From: Octopus sinensis
Lineage: Eukaryota
Reading direction: 5' to 3'
Assembly: GCF_006345805.1 (NCBI RefSeq)
Contig: NC_043013.1
Span: 43,338,001-43,402,000 of the forward strand
DNA length: 64,000 nucleotides
Part shown: piece after piece, positions 47,631-59,835 of the stretch
Position numbering within the stretch: the stretch's first letter is position 1
Layout: every line of letters starts with the position of its first letter
The notes under the pieces: generated by a model
Databases searched by the model: none
Seen by the model: the letters and a program-made list of their open reading frames with translations, nothing else
What the model was told of the DNA's origin: nothing
Made by a program: the position numbers and the translations under genes

Positions 47631-49294
47631 GCTGGTCTGTCTGCCCGCGCGTGTGTATGAAATTATGCGTGTATGAGTGAATTAAAATCGATTCTTCTTT
47701 CGGTTTTGTTTTCCTCCCACTCAAGTCCCCCGAAATTTAACGATCTTCCAAATGCGGCGATCACTTATTAAGAATACCGTTTAAGATTAAACCTGAGATA
47801 AGCAATACAAAGATATTAAGGATACTTCGAGTAATTCCTGCGACAGTGCTTAGTGTCTGTGGGGACGGGTGCTAAGTCTAGTGCAAAGTGTTGGCACGTT
47901 TAGAGAAGGATCTTGTGACACCGGTGATAGAAAATATTTTGCCGGTGGTTTCTGGATGCGATTTTTAATGCCTATTTTCAAACCAAGGTGCTAATGAAGA
48001 TGCCAGGGCTACTTTATTCCCAGTGAGAGATAGATGCTCGTCCTGGCGTAGTGTCGATGATATAATCGCTGTGTTGGTCATACTATGGTAGTTTTAGTGA
48101 TATTGGTTCTAATAGATGGGTGATTGTAAGTCAAGTAGTACTAGGGTAATGTTCTAGTGGTATGTATATAGAAGCAGAATTGAAGTGGTGCTGCAGTGTT
48201 GGTGCAAGTATAGGTAGAAAGTCACAAGTTAGTATTTACCAGTATTGGCTGAGGTAGTTGTTTGTTGTTGCTGTTGGTGGTGGTGGTGGTGATGGTAGTG
48301 GTGCTGTTTTCCTTTCTTTCACATGCACACACTCACACTCTCTCTCTCTCTCTTTCTTTATCCCTCTTTTCCTGTAGGACGGCAAACGGGATCAATCAAG
48401 AGTGAAGTGTGACTTGGAGTTGTTGACAAACAACCTTGAACTTGGTGGTGAAGTGCGAAGGCGCATGGTCCTCTTGAATCGCGCATTTTCATTGGATGTT
48501 CAAGGTCGAAACCTCCCCTTCGATTATTGTAGTAGGATGAGAGAGAAGAAGAGTGAGTCTATTGCAATAATGCAACTTTCACGCTAACACCTCTTTATTG
48601 CTCTTTGCTCTCTCTCTTTTTTTCTTTCTTTCACACCTTTTCTCCCCACTCTCTCTTTCTTTCATACATTTTCTCCCCACCCTCTCTCGTTCCTTCTGGT
48701 TTCCTTGAACTTATTCTTTTTTCGTTTATGTCTCCACTAAAGTTTCTCCGTCTTTTACACACATTCTTCTTACAAACATTAGTACATGGCTGTCCTCTTT
48801 TTCTCCTTGCCTCTCAACACAGTTCCTCTCTGTATCTTTTATTACTTCTGACATTTTCTTAATTTTTGCAGAGTAATCTTCCTCTGTTTTTCACTGGCGC
48901 TCGTCCAGTTTCGCACGACACTGAATTGGGTCGCGCTATTCGTTTGACATCTAACAATAATTTCCACTTCTTCACACTTGCTCTTTTTCTTGCAATAAGT
49001 CTCCATCAACAAATTTAATCACTTCACTCCCACCTCAGCCCTATTTTTACTTAACAGGGATCTGCAAAACAACTTTTTTACAAAGATCAAATTACGTTTT
49101 TATCGGTTTTCATTTTTAGTTAGTTCGTTTGTTGTTTTTTTTACAGTTCCTCGTGGTCTATGTATATATATATATCTTATGTTTTAAAAAGTCTCTTATT
49201 TCTTAAACAGGTGATACTTACTTTTTATTTATAGTCTTTAAATTTTTTATGCGTTTCAGTCCAATGACGGTGGCCATGCCGGAGCACCGCCATT

Positions 49295-49306
49295 AAAAAA
49301 AAAAAA
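49295..49306 (-). terminator. Pol III oligo-T terminator of tRNA-Glu
   Basis: T run starting 4 nt after the tRNA 3' end on the minus strand. Confidence 0.75.
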
Positions 49307-49310
49307 GGCA

Positions 49311-49382
49311 TTCCCATGCCGGGAATCGAACCCGGGCCGCCTGGGTGAAAGCCAGGAATCCTAACCACTAGACCACATGGGA
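49311..49382 (-). tRNA. tRNA-Glu, anticodon TTC
   Basis: TCCCATGTGGTCTAGTGGTTAGGATTCCTGGCTTTCACCCAGGCGGCCCGGGTTCGATTCCCGGCATGGGAA: perfect acceptor stem, anticodon arm CCTGG-CTTTCAC-CCAGG, A and B boxes, downstream oligo-T. Confidence 0.95.
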
Positions 49383-49637
49383 AACCGCATTTGTTAACCA
49401 AAATTAAATCATGACATAAAAAGAGCGTAAAAACCATCATTTGTTAAATTTAACAAAAACGTGTCAGTGGGTCACAGCTAACGTATTGATGACTACTGAT
49501 TATAAAAAAGACAAATTGATGAAATAACTTTCAAACGTTTAAAAGAAATATCAATATAAATCGTAAAATGAGGATCAAATCACCTATCCTAACCCAACCC
49601 CTGTTTTTTTAGATGGAAACAAATTATTGAAATAACT

Positions 49638-50069
49638 GGCGATCTTTCGTCTCTTGTAGACCTTTCCGTCGATTTCCGTAAAAAAATATTTTTTTTTTAC
49701 ATATGGACTTGCGGGAACTTTTGAAGTAATATACATACATATACACATACACCGAGTAAAAAATTTCAGTTATCTCTTTCTTTCACACATTACTCTGTCT
49801 CTTCACACACACTAACAGAAGCACTTCACTTACACAACATACTGTCTGTCTCCCACACCCCATCAAACACACACACACACACACACACACGCATGTACAT
49901 CAATGCTTGCCATGCACGGTAACTTCAAAAGAACTTCCCTCGTCATAAAATGGCTTTCTCTTGGTCTCTTTCGCTCTCATTACTTCAAAAGTTCCCGCAA
50001 GCCCATATGTAAAAAAAAAAAAAATTTACGGAAATCGACGGAAAGGTCTACTAGAGACGAAAGATTGCC
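49638..50069. mobile_element. MITE family M2 with ~90-bp TIRs (Merlin-like ends)
   Basis: GGCGATCTTTCGTCTC...GAGACGAAAGATTGCC; perfect 8-bp TSD AAATAACT. Confidence 0.85.
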
Positions 50070-50973
50070 AAATAACTCTTAAACATTTATTTTTTTTAGA
50101 AACCCGAAATAACGAAATATATTCTCACAGTTTAATATTAGTTCTCAAAAATTAAACAGGAGGAATAATTCTGTTCGCTAGAAATACCAGCCAAATGTCC
50201 CTGACCGAATTTCCGTATCGTCCGTAATTTGCTAACTTGTTTGCTAACTATTTGTCAATTCGCTTAGAGTTCTTAGTGTGAGGTACCGAAGTACAACTAC
50301 GGTTTCCTACCCATTGATTTGGCTTTGCGAACTCACGCATATTTAGTATTTCTTCAATTAATTCTACAGGTTCTGTTAATGACTTCTACTTTGGATTACA
50401 CATCGTTTTCAGACGCTGTCTCTCTAGAGTCAATAGTCACCGCGATAAGGACGTCATTGTTGGTTCACGTCGATTAAAATTGAAGAACGTTTCTTACTGT
50501 ATGCAATCGGTACTAGCACACAGAAGAGTATCAATGGAATGTAGAACGTCATGTATTGCTTACTCCCTTGATATGATTGAAAAGTCGTTTTGAGCTTACA
50601 ACAGCTTGATCATTTTCCAAATATTACTGCTCACCTTTGTACAATAATTATCCCTTTGTAAAGAGAATGGGTCAACATTATACTTGGATAAAGACTGTAT
50701 GTATTGGAGGCTCGTACAGGCAAGCACACACGATCAGTCAAATAGAGCAAATATATTTACCAAACAAGTTATAGATAAATGCGTAGACAAAAGGGAGACA
50801 TGAATAACCATCGGTAATTGTTTCTAAGACAGGTGCAAGACCCGAAATTTCAGAGCTGGGTGTTAATCGATTAAATCGACCTCAGCACTTTACGTAATTG
50901 CTATTGATTATTACCAACACGAAAACCAATGCAATGTCATTTAGTGGGGGGGGGCGGGGATAGTTGTTTTAAC

Positions 50974-51399
50974 GGATCTTTTCGGTTTGAACGGCAGTTT
51001 TTCTAGCGGTGTCATATGAAATTGTCACCCATAATTATGACCCTAGTATCGATCTATTGCATTTCAATCTGTTTTAGGGTTAGGGTTAGTTAAGGTTAGG
51101 GGTGGGGGGAAGGGTATCTTTTTTTTTCTTCAGAAATGTAAATAAATCCAATCTGTTTCTTAAACGAGGGATATATTCATACGGCACAAAATGGTTTCAC
51201 CCCAATAGACGTCATTGATTGGTTGAAATTGCAGAAATTGAAGAAAAAACAACAAATATCTTACAAACTATAGAATTTTCTCAATAAAGCCAAGAGAAAA
51301 AGATGTTTTATAAACACATTCTACCAGTATACGAAGTTTAAAATTTTTTAGTTACCTAGAAATTATTTTAAAAAACTGCCGTTCAAACCGAAAAGATCC
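50974..51399 (+). mobile_element. MITE family M1 (Merlin-like)
   Basis: TIR GGATCTTTTCGGTTTGAACGGCAGTTTT; perfect 8-bp TSD GTTTTAAC; internal TTAGGG-like run. Confidence 0.88.
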
Positions 51400-52748
51400 G
51401 TTTTAACCAATTTGTGATTTTAATTTAAGAAATATTGCGATTTAATTCGTAAACAGATTGAGCAGTTACTACATATCTGCTGGATTTCTATACTGAACAG
51501 AAGATAGGGCCCCTTTTATGAAATGCGCCAATCGGGTTATTCCCAGCTACCCTGCTTGATAATGGTAGTTACGACATTTTGTTAAGTAGGTCGAGAGCAA
51601 ACATTGAAAGAATAACCTAATATTTCCATGTGTCGTTTTTGAAATTTTTCGTTCTTTATTCTAGAATGTAAATTGTGCCACATAGGATGCCAAAACTGCG
51701 CATCAGTCATAATAGTCTTGCCGAAAAATAAAAGCTCCACGTTTTGACTGCTTCCCCTATTGATAAATTTTCTTTGGCTGCCGTAGAATTATGATCAGAT
51801 TGCGTAAGATGTAAGCTACAAGCAGGTCATTTTATATAAGGTTTTCTATTTAACCATGTCTATACTAATCTTGTTTGAAATGCGTTTTGTCGATATCAAT
51901 CAAAACAGGTCATGTAATGCAGCGTTTTATTGATTTAAAGACTTTTATTTCATCCTAGTGAAGCGGAAATAGATGCGTCTTGTTAAAACAATAGTGGGTA
52001 TCCACTGAGAACAGTGAGCGAATTAACTCTTCATACGTTTTAAAGACTTACAATCTGATAGAGGGAAAATAATCAAGAAAGATTCTACACTAGTTAGATC
52101 AGGTCGAAGTGATTGGTAACAAGTGTTATAACCAAGAATAGGTAACTTTGATTCGGTATAAACCGGGCGTGGGTCCGTAGTCATATTAAAATTTATTTGC
52201 TTTACTTCCGTTAGATTATCGTATCAATGGTTGTTATTCTTGAGGACCTCTAGTGTCGATAATGTTATTCATGCAAGCAAAAGTATTGTTCAGTCTGTAT
52301 TCATTAATGAGTTTGTCAATCAACTTCTCAAAACAGATTTTTTCTTTCGTAACGTCGTAAGGAGGACTACAGAATTGTTAAACCTTATCCGTGGTTTCGG
52401 AAGTTGTATATGAGCGCTCAGAATCTAGCACCGCTGTCTGATGGCAGCAGTTTGAAGATTCAAAGTGGAAAAGATTTGACAAGGTATTGACCAGTTCATC
52501 AATTCGGGACATTGTGTGTGTATCAATAGCTGTATATTGATTTACAGTACGACTCTTGTGGTACTGTTAATTGGCTTGTTCATCCTGTTCTTGGTTATAT
52601 GTACTTGTGTTGCTATGCCGACTGATTTAGCTCAATGATACTATCATGTCGCTATCGATTGATTTCTTCTTCAATAGATTGTTGTTCTTGGATTGCAAAT
52701 ATTCAGGACAATGTGGACATAGGTTTTGCTGCCTGAATTAGAAATTTT

Positions 52749-52849
52749 GGATCTTTTCACTTTGACCGGCAGATTTTAAAAATAATTTCTTTGTAACTAA
52801 ACACTTTTAAACTTCGTATACTGGTAGTGTGTTACAAGTGAAAAGATCC
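52749..52849 (-). mobile_element. 101-bp mini-derivative of M1
   Basis: 14-bp TIR GGATCTTTTCACTT; imperfect TSD GAAATTTT/GAAACTTG. Confidence 0.7.
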
Positions 52850-53815
52850 GAAACTTGAATTTAAGAATTGGTTTTATTAATGTGCAACAGGATGAAAGGT
52901 CTGTAACACTGGAAGGGTGCAGCTCTCATCCCTTACTTTAAATTATTTATCGAAGAAAAAGCCAAGACTTCCGAATATCTTCAACAGCATAAATATTTTA
53001 TTTTCTGGATTCGCAATAAATATATATATATATTTCCTTCAGGGCGAATCGGTAGCCTAAGAGCTAGTCGCAGTAGTCAAATGGAGTGAGCCAAATCCTG
53101 TCTCGTTCCAGCATAGTGTAGCATCGCCACATGGTGGCAGCTTGGGAGAGCAGGCAAAACACGTCTGGTCTGTTCGCTGTCAGCCTTCGAGAGAGATCTA
53201 TGCGCTGGAAGTTTTGCTGCTGCTAGTTCTCTGAGCATGCGCATGAGGGAACTTCCGGCAGGCCTCCTGGAAGACTCCAACTCTGCACATGCACGCTGAG
53301 GATTTCCTAAATGGCGTCACCGCAAATGCCTAATTTAAAAGACCGTACTGACTTCTGGTCGTGAGATTTCCATTAAGAACATTCAAGTCGAAAAACACTT
53401 TTGAATACTTTACATACAGCCTTTTCTAAAATTAACTGGTTCCACAATCTCTGTCATGAAATTTTCTGGTAGTTGAACATCATTAACTGCCATCAGAAGT
53501 TTTGGTTTAAAAAAAACAACACAGTTTCAGAGCCTTGCTTGATAGAAGAACGGACACCATATTCTTACAATATAGATTCTCATGAAAAAATTATCATAAA
53601 CGTTTACTTCACAAATAACTTAATTTAAAGTTGGAAAACACATATTAGCTATTCAAAAATACACAAAAGACTGTTAACTTCACTTGAACATTAATTATTT
53701 GCTGTCAAAATTTTCCTCAACTGGTCGAATAACGTCAGTAATTAGGACACAGATGGTACGACGAAAACTTTGACACCAAATAATAATAACTGTTCAAACG
53801 AAGTGGACAGTTTTC

Positions 53816-54226
53816 GGATCTTTTCGGTTTGAACGGCAGTTTTTAACATAATTTCTAGGTAACTAAAAAATTTTAAAACTTCGTATACTGGTAGAATGTG
53901 TTTATAAAACATCTTTTTCTCTTGGCTTTATTGAGAAAATTCTATAGTTTGTAAGACATTTGTTGTTTTTTTTCTTCAATTTTTGCAATGTCAACCAATC
54001 ACTGACGTCTATTGAGGTAAAAAACATTCTGTGTCGTATGAATATATCCCTCATTCAAGAAACAGATTGGGTTTATTTACATTTGTGAAGAAAAAGAGAT
54101 ACCCTTCCCCCACCCCTAACCCTAAAACAGATTGAAATGCAATAGATCGATTCTAGGGTCATAATTATGGGTGACAATTTCATATGACACCGCTAGAAAA
54201 AACTGCCGTTCAAACCGAAAAGATCC
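53816..54226 (-). mobile_element. MITE family M1
   Basis: Same TIRs; perfect TSD CAGTTTTC. Confidence 0.88.
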
Positions 54227-54639
54227 CAGTTTTCGTGTGTTTTTGAATATGTAAATATGTTTCACTTGTTAAGGTTAACCTCTACAGATTTTCTATCGAA
54301 ATTATAGCCCGCACAAACTTGTTACTACGTTTCGTATCTGTGTACGCCTAATGCAAACAACAATGAGATCGAAGATGGGAAATGGATAATAGGTATATAT
54401 GCCATATTTCAGGAGTTCTTGCTCCTTTATCCAGCTCATTGCACCACATCCAACTCATTAACCATCTACGAAATCATTGCTTAAATAGCCACTAAATATA
54501 GCAGTGGCTATTCCAATTTTACATATTGATGACTTGTAGGGACATCATATTTTGTTATGCAACCATAGCGTACTGCAAAGCATTGGCTTATAAAATGTTT
54601 AATATATTTTGTAGTAGATTCCGTTTCCATAACGAAAGA

Positions 54640-55283
54640 CAGTGTCCCTACAAGTCTGAATGTCATTTCTTTCTCCATTAATTTATCTATTTCCAAAATC
54701 CTCAAGTACTTATAGCTCGTCTCTTCTATCTGCTTCATAACCTCCCCTGACGGTATCGTTAGTCCGTCCATACATTTGATTTTGCCTCTTTTCAATACTT
54801 ACACACCACACTTTCTCAGTCCGAACTCCATTCTGATATCAGCACTGAAGGTATACACCGTATCAACGAGGGAACTGACTTGGGATTCATCTTTACCATA
54901 AAGTTTGTGGTCATCCATGAATAGCAAATGGTTGAATTTTTGTTGGCGGCTTTTGAATACATACCCAGCTTTTGCTTTCCTCAGAATCAGTGTCAGTGGT
55001 ATCAAGCACAGTACAAAGATCGGTGGGGACAGGCAGTCTCCTTGGAAGATGCCCCTCCTAATTTCTACTGTCCCTAAACTTCTTCCGTATGCTGTCAGGT
55101 CCGTCCTCTAATTCGCCATACTTCTTCCAAGCAATCGCTCAACATTCGATGCAATTCCAAACAGGTTCATACACGCCATAATCCAAGAATGTGGGATCAT
55201 ATCGTACGCCTTACGATAGTCGATCCATGACATGGCTAAGTTACTTTTCCTCCTCTTGCAGTCTCTGAGTACAGTTTTATCTA
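54640..55283 (-). mobile_element. R4/Dong-like non-LTR reverse transcriptase relic (stop and frameshift)
   Basis: WIDYRKAYDMIPHSWI, RGIFQGDCLSP, NHLLFMDD, MEFGLRKC, YKYL; abuts (TAA)n/(TAG)n, consistent with TAA-repeat-targeting Dong elements. Confidence 0.8.
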
Positions 55284-55373
<90 letters not shown>

Positions 55374-55383
55374 CATTATTATT
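55283..55383. repeat. Compound (CTA)n(TTA)n microsatellite
   Basis: Direct reading. Confidence 0.95.
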
Positions 55384-55843
55384 GAGTGAGAGAGCAGTGC
55401 ATGCCATCAAAGTGACACTGGGGTAAAACATACGAAGCCAGTATACCCATCATGACTACCCGTCTGATAAGGGTACACCAGGCACATGCATCACAACCAT
55501 ATGTGCACAACATGGTGATCTCATATCAAGATAAACAGCGCATGACCTTGCAGGTGGGGCCCAGTTAGAATTTTCTTCTGGTCGAGTAGCCCATCCAGCT
55601 CAAAAGGTCCCTGAATAAGGATTGTTTAAGGATTTTGAACGAACCACCCATGTTTCCAGGGGTGAATTATCCAAACCTCTAAGAATTCCTTTCAACACAT
55701 GGCTATGATGTTCCGCCACTACTTCTGCTTGTGATCAGAGATGCACATATCGTCAGCCACTAAGGGACATGCTCAACTGGTTAAGGTCAAACAACTGACA
55801 AGCAAATCTGTAGTATTGAGCAGAATATTTGCTGTAGCCCCAT
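55384..55843 (-). mobile_element. Repeat embedded in (TAA)n with (AAT)n tail, possibly a Dong 3' UTR or Dong-mobilised element; shorter copy at 24705-24935
   Basis: The two copies are near-identical over about 230 bp and both are flanked by ATT/TAA microsatellite. Confidence 0.65.
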
Positions 55844-55893
55844 CATCATCATTATTATTATTATTATTATTATATTATTATTATTATTATTAT

Positions 55894-55927
<34 letters not shown>

Positions 55928-56932
55928 TGTTGTTGTTGTTGTTTCTTTTCTAAAGGTCTCAAAGGAAATTCATTTAAATCCCTGTCTATCGTAATTTCGT
56001 TTTTCATAGGGCTGATAACTGGAAGAGAGTTGTCACCAGAAAATAAATTATCATCAGAGACGCACATTAGAGGACCAGAACTTTTGAAGTAACAACCTTA
56101 GGCCAAGATCTATCATTACGATTAATTCTTTACGAATTTCGTTATCAATAAATTTCGAAGATAAAAAAGAACCACGTACTAACTCTTCTTCACAAAGCAT
56201 GACAGTGACATCGTCGTTTTGACAGTCTTTGTGATATTTTAGCATGTTTAGAAAACGTTTTAACATTACTCCTCTGTTGCATGTCTGAGAATATAAGCTA
56301 ATATATTACAAGGTTGTCTAAACGTATCGCTTGAGGTGTCAATTTGTTGATAAGCTTGACAAATTTGAATGCGATGAAAGTTACCATTAGATAAATACCT
56401 TATTAGCCCAATTTATCAGCGTCGCCGAGACGGCTGAAGTAGCGACTTATGTAAAGAAGTTCAACTTCTGTGTCATCAAAGCCACATAACTAGTAGACAG
56501 ATTAGCATTCTTTCTTCGGGTATTTCCGTGGTTTGTGGAGTATAGATATAACGAAATTATGCCAGCAATGTTTCATTTTAAACTTGAAGAAAAAAAGTCT
56601 TGCATATTTGTTCTTACACATTTCATGTGTGTATGTAAAATCCGCAAATTTCCAAGCAGAAAACAAAATCGGACTGTCATTTGCTTCCACGGAAATACCC
56701 GAAGTGAAATGTTTTGATTTTGTCGAGTTACATCGAAAGAATGCCGACAGATTTGAAATAGTTTTGTGATGTCATCACCCTGTAGTCGAGATGCAGCGCT
56801 TTCTTGGCTTACCGGAGGAAATATGAATTATTATGAACTGGCATTCTATTTCTAACTTTGCGCTCATAAGAGTGAAGTGCGATTGTTTGATAAATAGTTA
56901 TATAAAGGAATAAATAAAAATAAAAAATACAT

Positions 56933-57683
56933 ACGCCCTTTTAAAGCCTAGCCAGGCTCATGGGCCCGGTTTCCCGGTTTCAATGGCGTATGTGTTCCCC
57001 AGCTGGACGGGACGCCAGTCCATAGCAGCGTTACTCATTTTTGCCACCAGTAAAGGCGCGTGGCTTAGTGGTTAGGGTGTCAGCATCATGATCGTAAGAT
57101 TGTGGTTTCGATTCCTGGACCGAAGACCGTTGTGTTCATTTCACGTTGCTCCGGTCCACTCAGCTGGCCAAAAAAAGAGTAACGCTGCGATGGACTGGCG
57201 TCCTGTCCAGCTGGGGAACAGATGCGCCACTGAAACTGGGAAACCGGGCCCATGAGCCTGGCTAGGCTTTAAGAGGGCGCAGTGGAGGTGCGTGGTTTAG
57301 TGGTTAGGGTGCCAGCATCATGATCATGGACCGGAGCAACGTGAAATGAAGTGCTTTGCTCAAGAACACAACGGTCTTCGGTCCAGGAATCGAAACAACA
57401 ATCTTACGATCATGATGCTGACACTATAACTACTAAACCAGGCGCCTCCACTGCGCCCTTTTAAAGCCTAGTCAAGCTCATGGGTCCAGTTTCCTGGTTT
57501 TAGTGGCGTATGTGTTCCCCAGCTGGACGGGACGCCAGTCCATCGCAGCGTTACTCTTTTTTTGTCAGCTGAATGGACTGGAGCAACGTGAAATGAACAC
57601 AACAGTCGCCCGGTCCAGGAATCGAAACCACAATCTTACGATCATGATGCTGACACCCTAACCACTAAGCCACGCGCCTCCAC
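56933..57683. mobile_element. Cluster of five SINE family C pieces in alternating orientation (other copies at about 17565-17790 on +, 37490-37700 on -, 42628-42850 on +)
   Basis: tRNA-like head GTGGAGGCGCGTGGCTTAGTGGTTAGGG...GGTTTCGATTCC; GCGATGGACTGGCGTCCCGTCCAG resembles the V-SINE domain. Confidence 0.82.
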
Positions 57684-58470
57684 ATAATAAAAGAAAACGA
57701 TAAATAAATCATTAATCTTATTTTACTTTTATTTCCGAGCAATCATCACCGACCGAGTTTTCATTCATGAGACCGTGACTATCTGAAAACAAAGCAGTTT
57801 AATGTAAACAAACCAGAATAATATGCAAACAAAGGTTAAAGAAAAAGAAAACTACCTAATAATAGACATGGCGATTAATAGGTATTATGTTACAATTATA
57901 ATCTGGCTTCCGATTTAACAATTTCTTTTTCACAATTTATCTTGTCGCGGTAGCAGCTACGATGAGTATTTCTTTATGTCTTTATGTAGGCTCCCGAGCA
58001 AAGAATTCAACCAATTATATCTGGCTCAGATTGGTGTATGCTTCAGCACTCGCTTTGTTCGGGAATTTAGTAGACGGAGACTGTGATAAAGCCATCGGGT
58101 ATTATAAATGTATTGTGTTTCTCTATACGAAATCAGCAACTGTGTGTCACTTCAAAAAAAATATATATATAGTATTCGCAAGTGGAGAGAGCTTTCGTCA
58201 CTAGCTTGTGGTTATCTCACACTGAGGACGGACAACATCCAAAAACCTAGAACAGATGTTTTTCTGGGGCTAAAACAACCCCTTCACCATTCACTCTCTC
58301 TCTCTCACTCCTCCTCCTCGACTCTCTCGTCGCTGACACGTGATGAGAGGGAATCCATCTTTTCGACTACTACATTGACAAAGACCAGACCAGCTTATCC
58401 TGTCTCTTCATAAGCTCGTCTCCTTAAACGTTCAGAATATTTTTTCCATCATCTTGACTTAACAACCCTC

Positions 58471-58897
58471 GGATCTTTTCGGTTTGAACGGCAGTTTTTT
58501 CTAGCGGTGTCATATAAAATTGTCACCCATAATTATGACCCTAGAATCGATCTATTGCATTTCAATCTCTTTTAGGGTTAGGGTTAGTTAAGGTTAGGGG
58601 TGGGGGAAAGGGTATCTTTTTTTCTTCAGAAATGTAAATAAACCCAATTTGTTTCTTAAACGAGGGGTATATTCATACGGCACAGAATGTTTTCACCTCA
58701 ACAGACGTCATTGATTGGTTGAAATTGCAGAAATTGAAGAAAAACAACAACAAATATCTTACAAACTATAGAAAATTCTCAATAAAGCTAAGAGAAAAAG
58801 ATGTTTTATAAACACATTCTACCAGTATACGAAGTTTAAAAGTGTTTAGTTACGTGGAAATTATTTTAAAAAACTGCCGTTCAAACCGAAAAGATCC
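58471..58897 (+). mobile_element. MITE family M1
   Basis: Same TIRs; perfect TSD CAACCCTC. Confidence 0.88.
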
Positions 58898-59329
58898 CAA
58901 CCCTCATCGTTTGTTTTTACTGTTTTGTTCTCATTGTTCTGTCTTTTACTGTTTTTACTTCTTTTATTATTTTTACTGTTTTGTTCACACTGTCCTGTTC
59001 TTGTTACCGCTTTCACCCTCCGCAAAAAATCCCAAATTTTATTTAATTTGCTTTGCGAGAAGGACTGTTTCAATTAAGTCGCGTCTGGTCCTTACCTTCG
59101 TAACGCGGAGTAGATGAAACAGGGACAACTGAAGAAGAGGAATATTCTTTATGTCGTATGTCTCGTTTCTCTGTTTTTTTCGTTGTTTCAAAAAAAGTTC
59201 GTTTCCATGTTTTTGTTTTTATGTTTTCGTTTCTCATTGTGTTCAACGTTTTTTTTTATGTCCTGTATCCATATATGCATGTATATATACATATATATGC
59301 AGGTATGGACATATATGTATATATGCATA

Positions 59330-59400
<71 letters not shown>

Positions 59401-59489
59401 AATGTGGGTACCAGAAAAGCAATTATTATCAACAGACGCGCATTAGAGGACCAGAACTTTCTATCCAACTTTATATATATATATATGTA

Positions 59490-59835
59490 TATCGGGTTGG
59501 AAAGAAAGTTCTTTCGCATTTCATTTCAAAATGAGAGAGAAACAAATACTTCTTTAACTGATATTTCTCCTCATTATTAATATAATTCTATCTATTTGGC
59601 AAAAATGTTGGTCCCTCGGGGAAACATTCTTCAAGTTTCAGAGGAAAATAACAATCATTATTATTTTTAACCTCTTCGTGATTAATAAACTATTTTCTCT
59701 TTGAATAATGTTGCAAAGATGATAGTCAGAAGGAGCAAGGTCAGGAGAATAAAGAGAATAAGGCAAAATTTCATTATTAAGGGCTGTCATTTTTTCCTGA
59801 GTGACTTGTCCAGTATGTGCTCCTGCATAATTTTC
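59490..59835 (-). mobile_element. mariner transposase relic
   Basis: Minus strand encodes YSPDLAPSDYH (about 59719-59752), the mariner signature; TIR-like end at about 59490. Confidence 0.7.

Noticed and set aside
49225-49440. 71-aa ORF
   Set aside because: It is a translation across the tRNA-Glu gene
51073-51110. TTAGGG repeats as a telomere or fusion relic
   Set aside because: Only a few units, always at the same internal position of the M1 MITE
57052-57125. SINE heads as tRNA genes (also 7062, 27300-27365)
   Set aside because: A and B boxes are present but there is no complete cloverleaf, and they continue into SINE bodies
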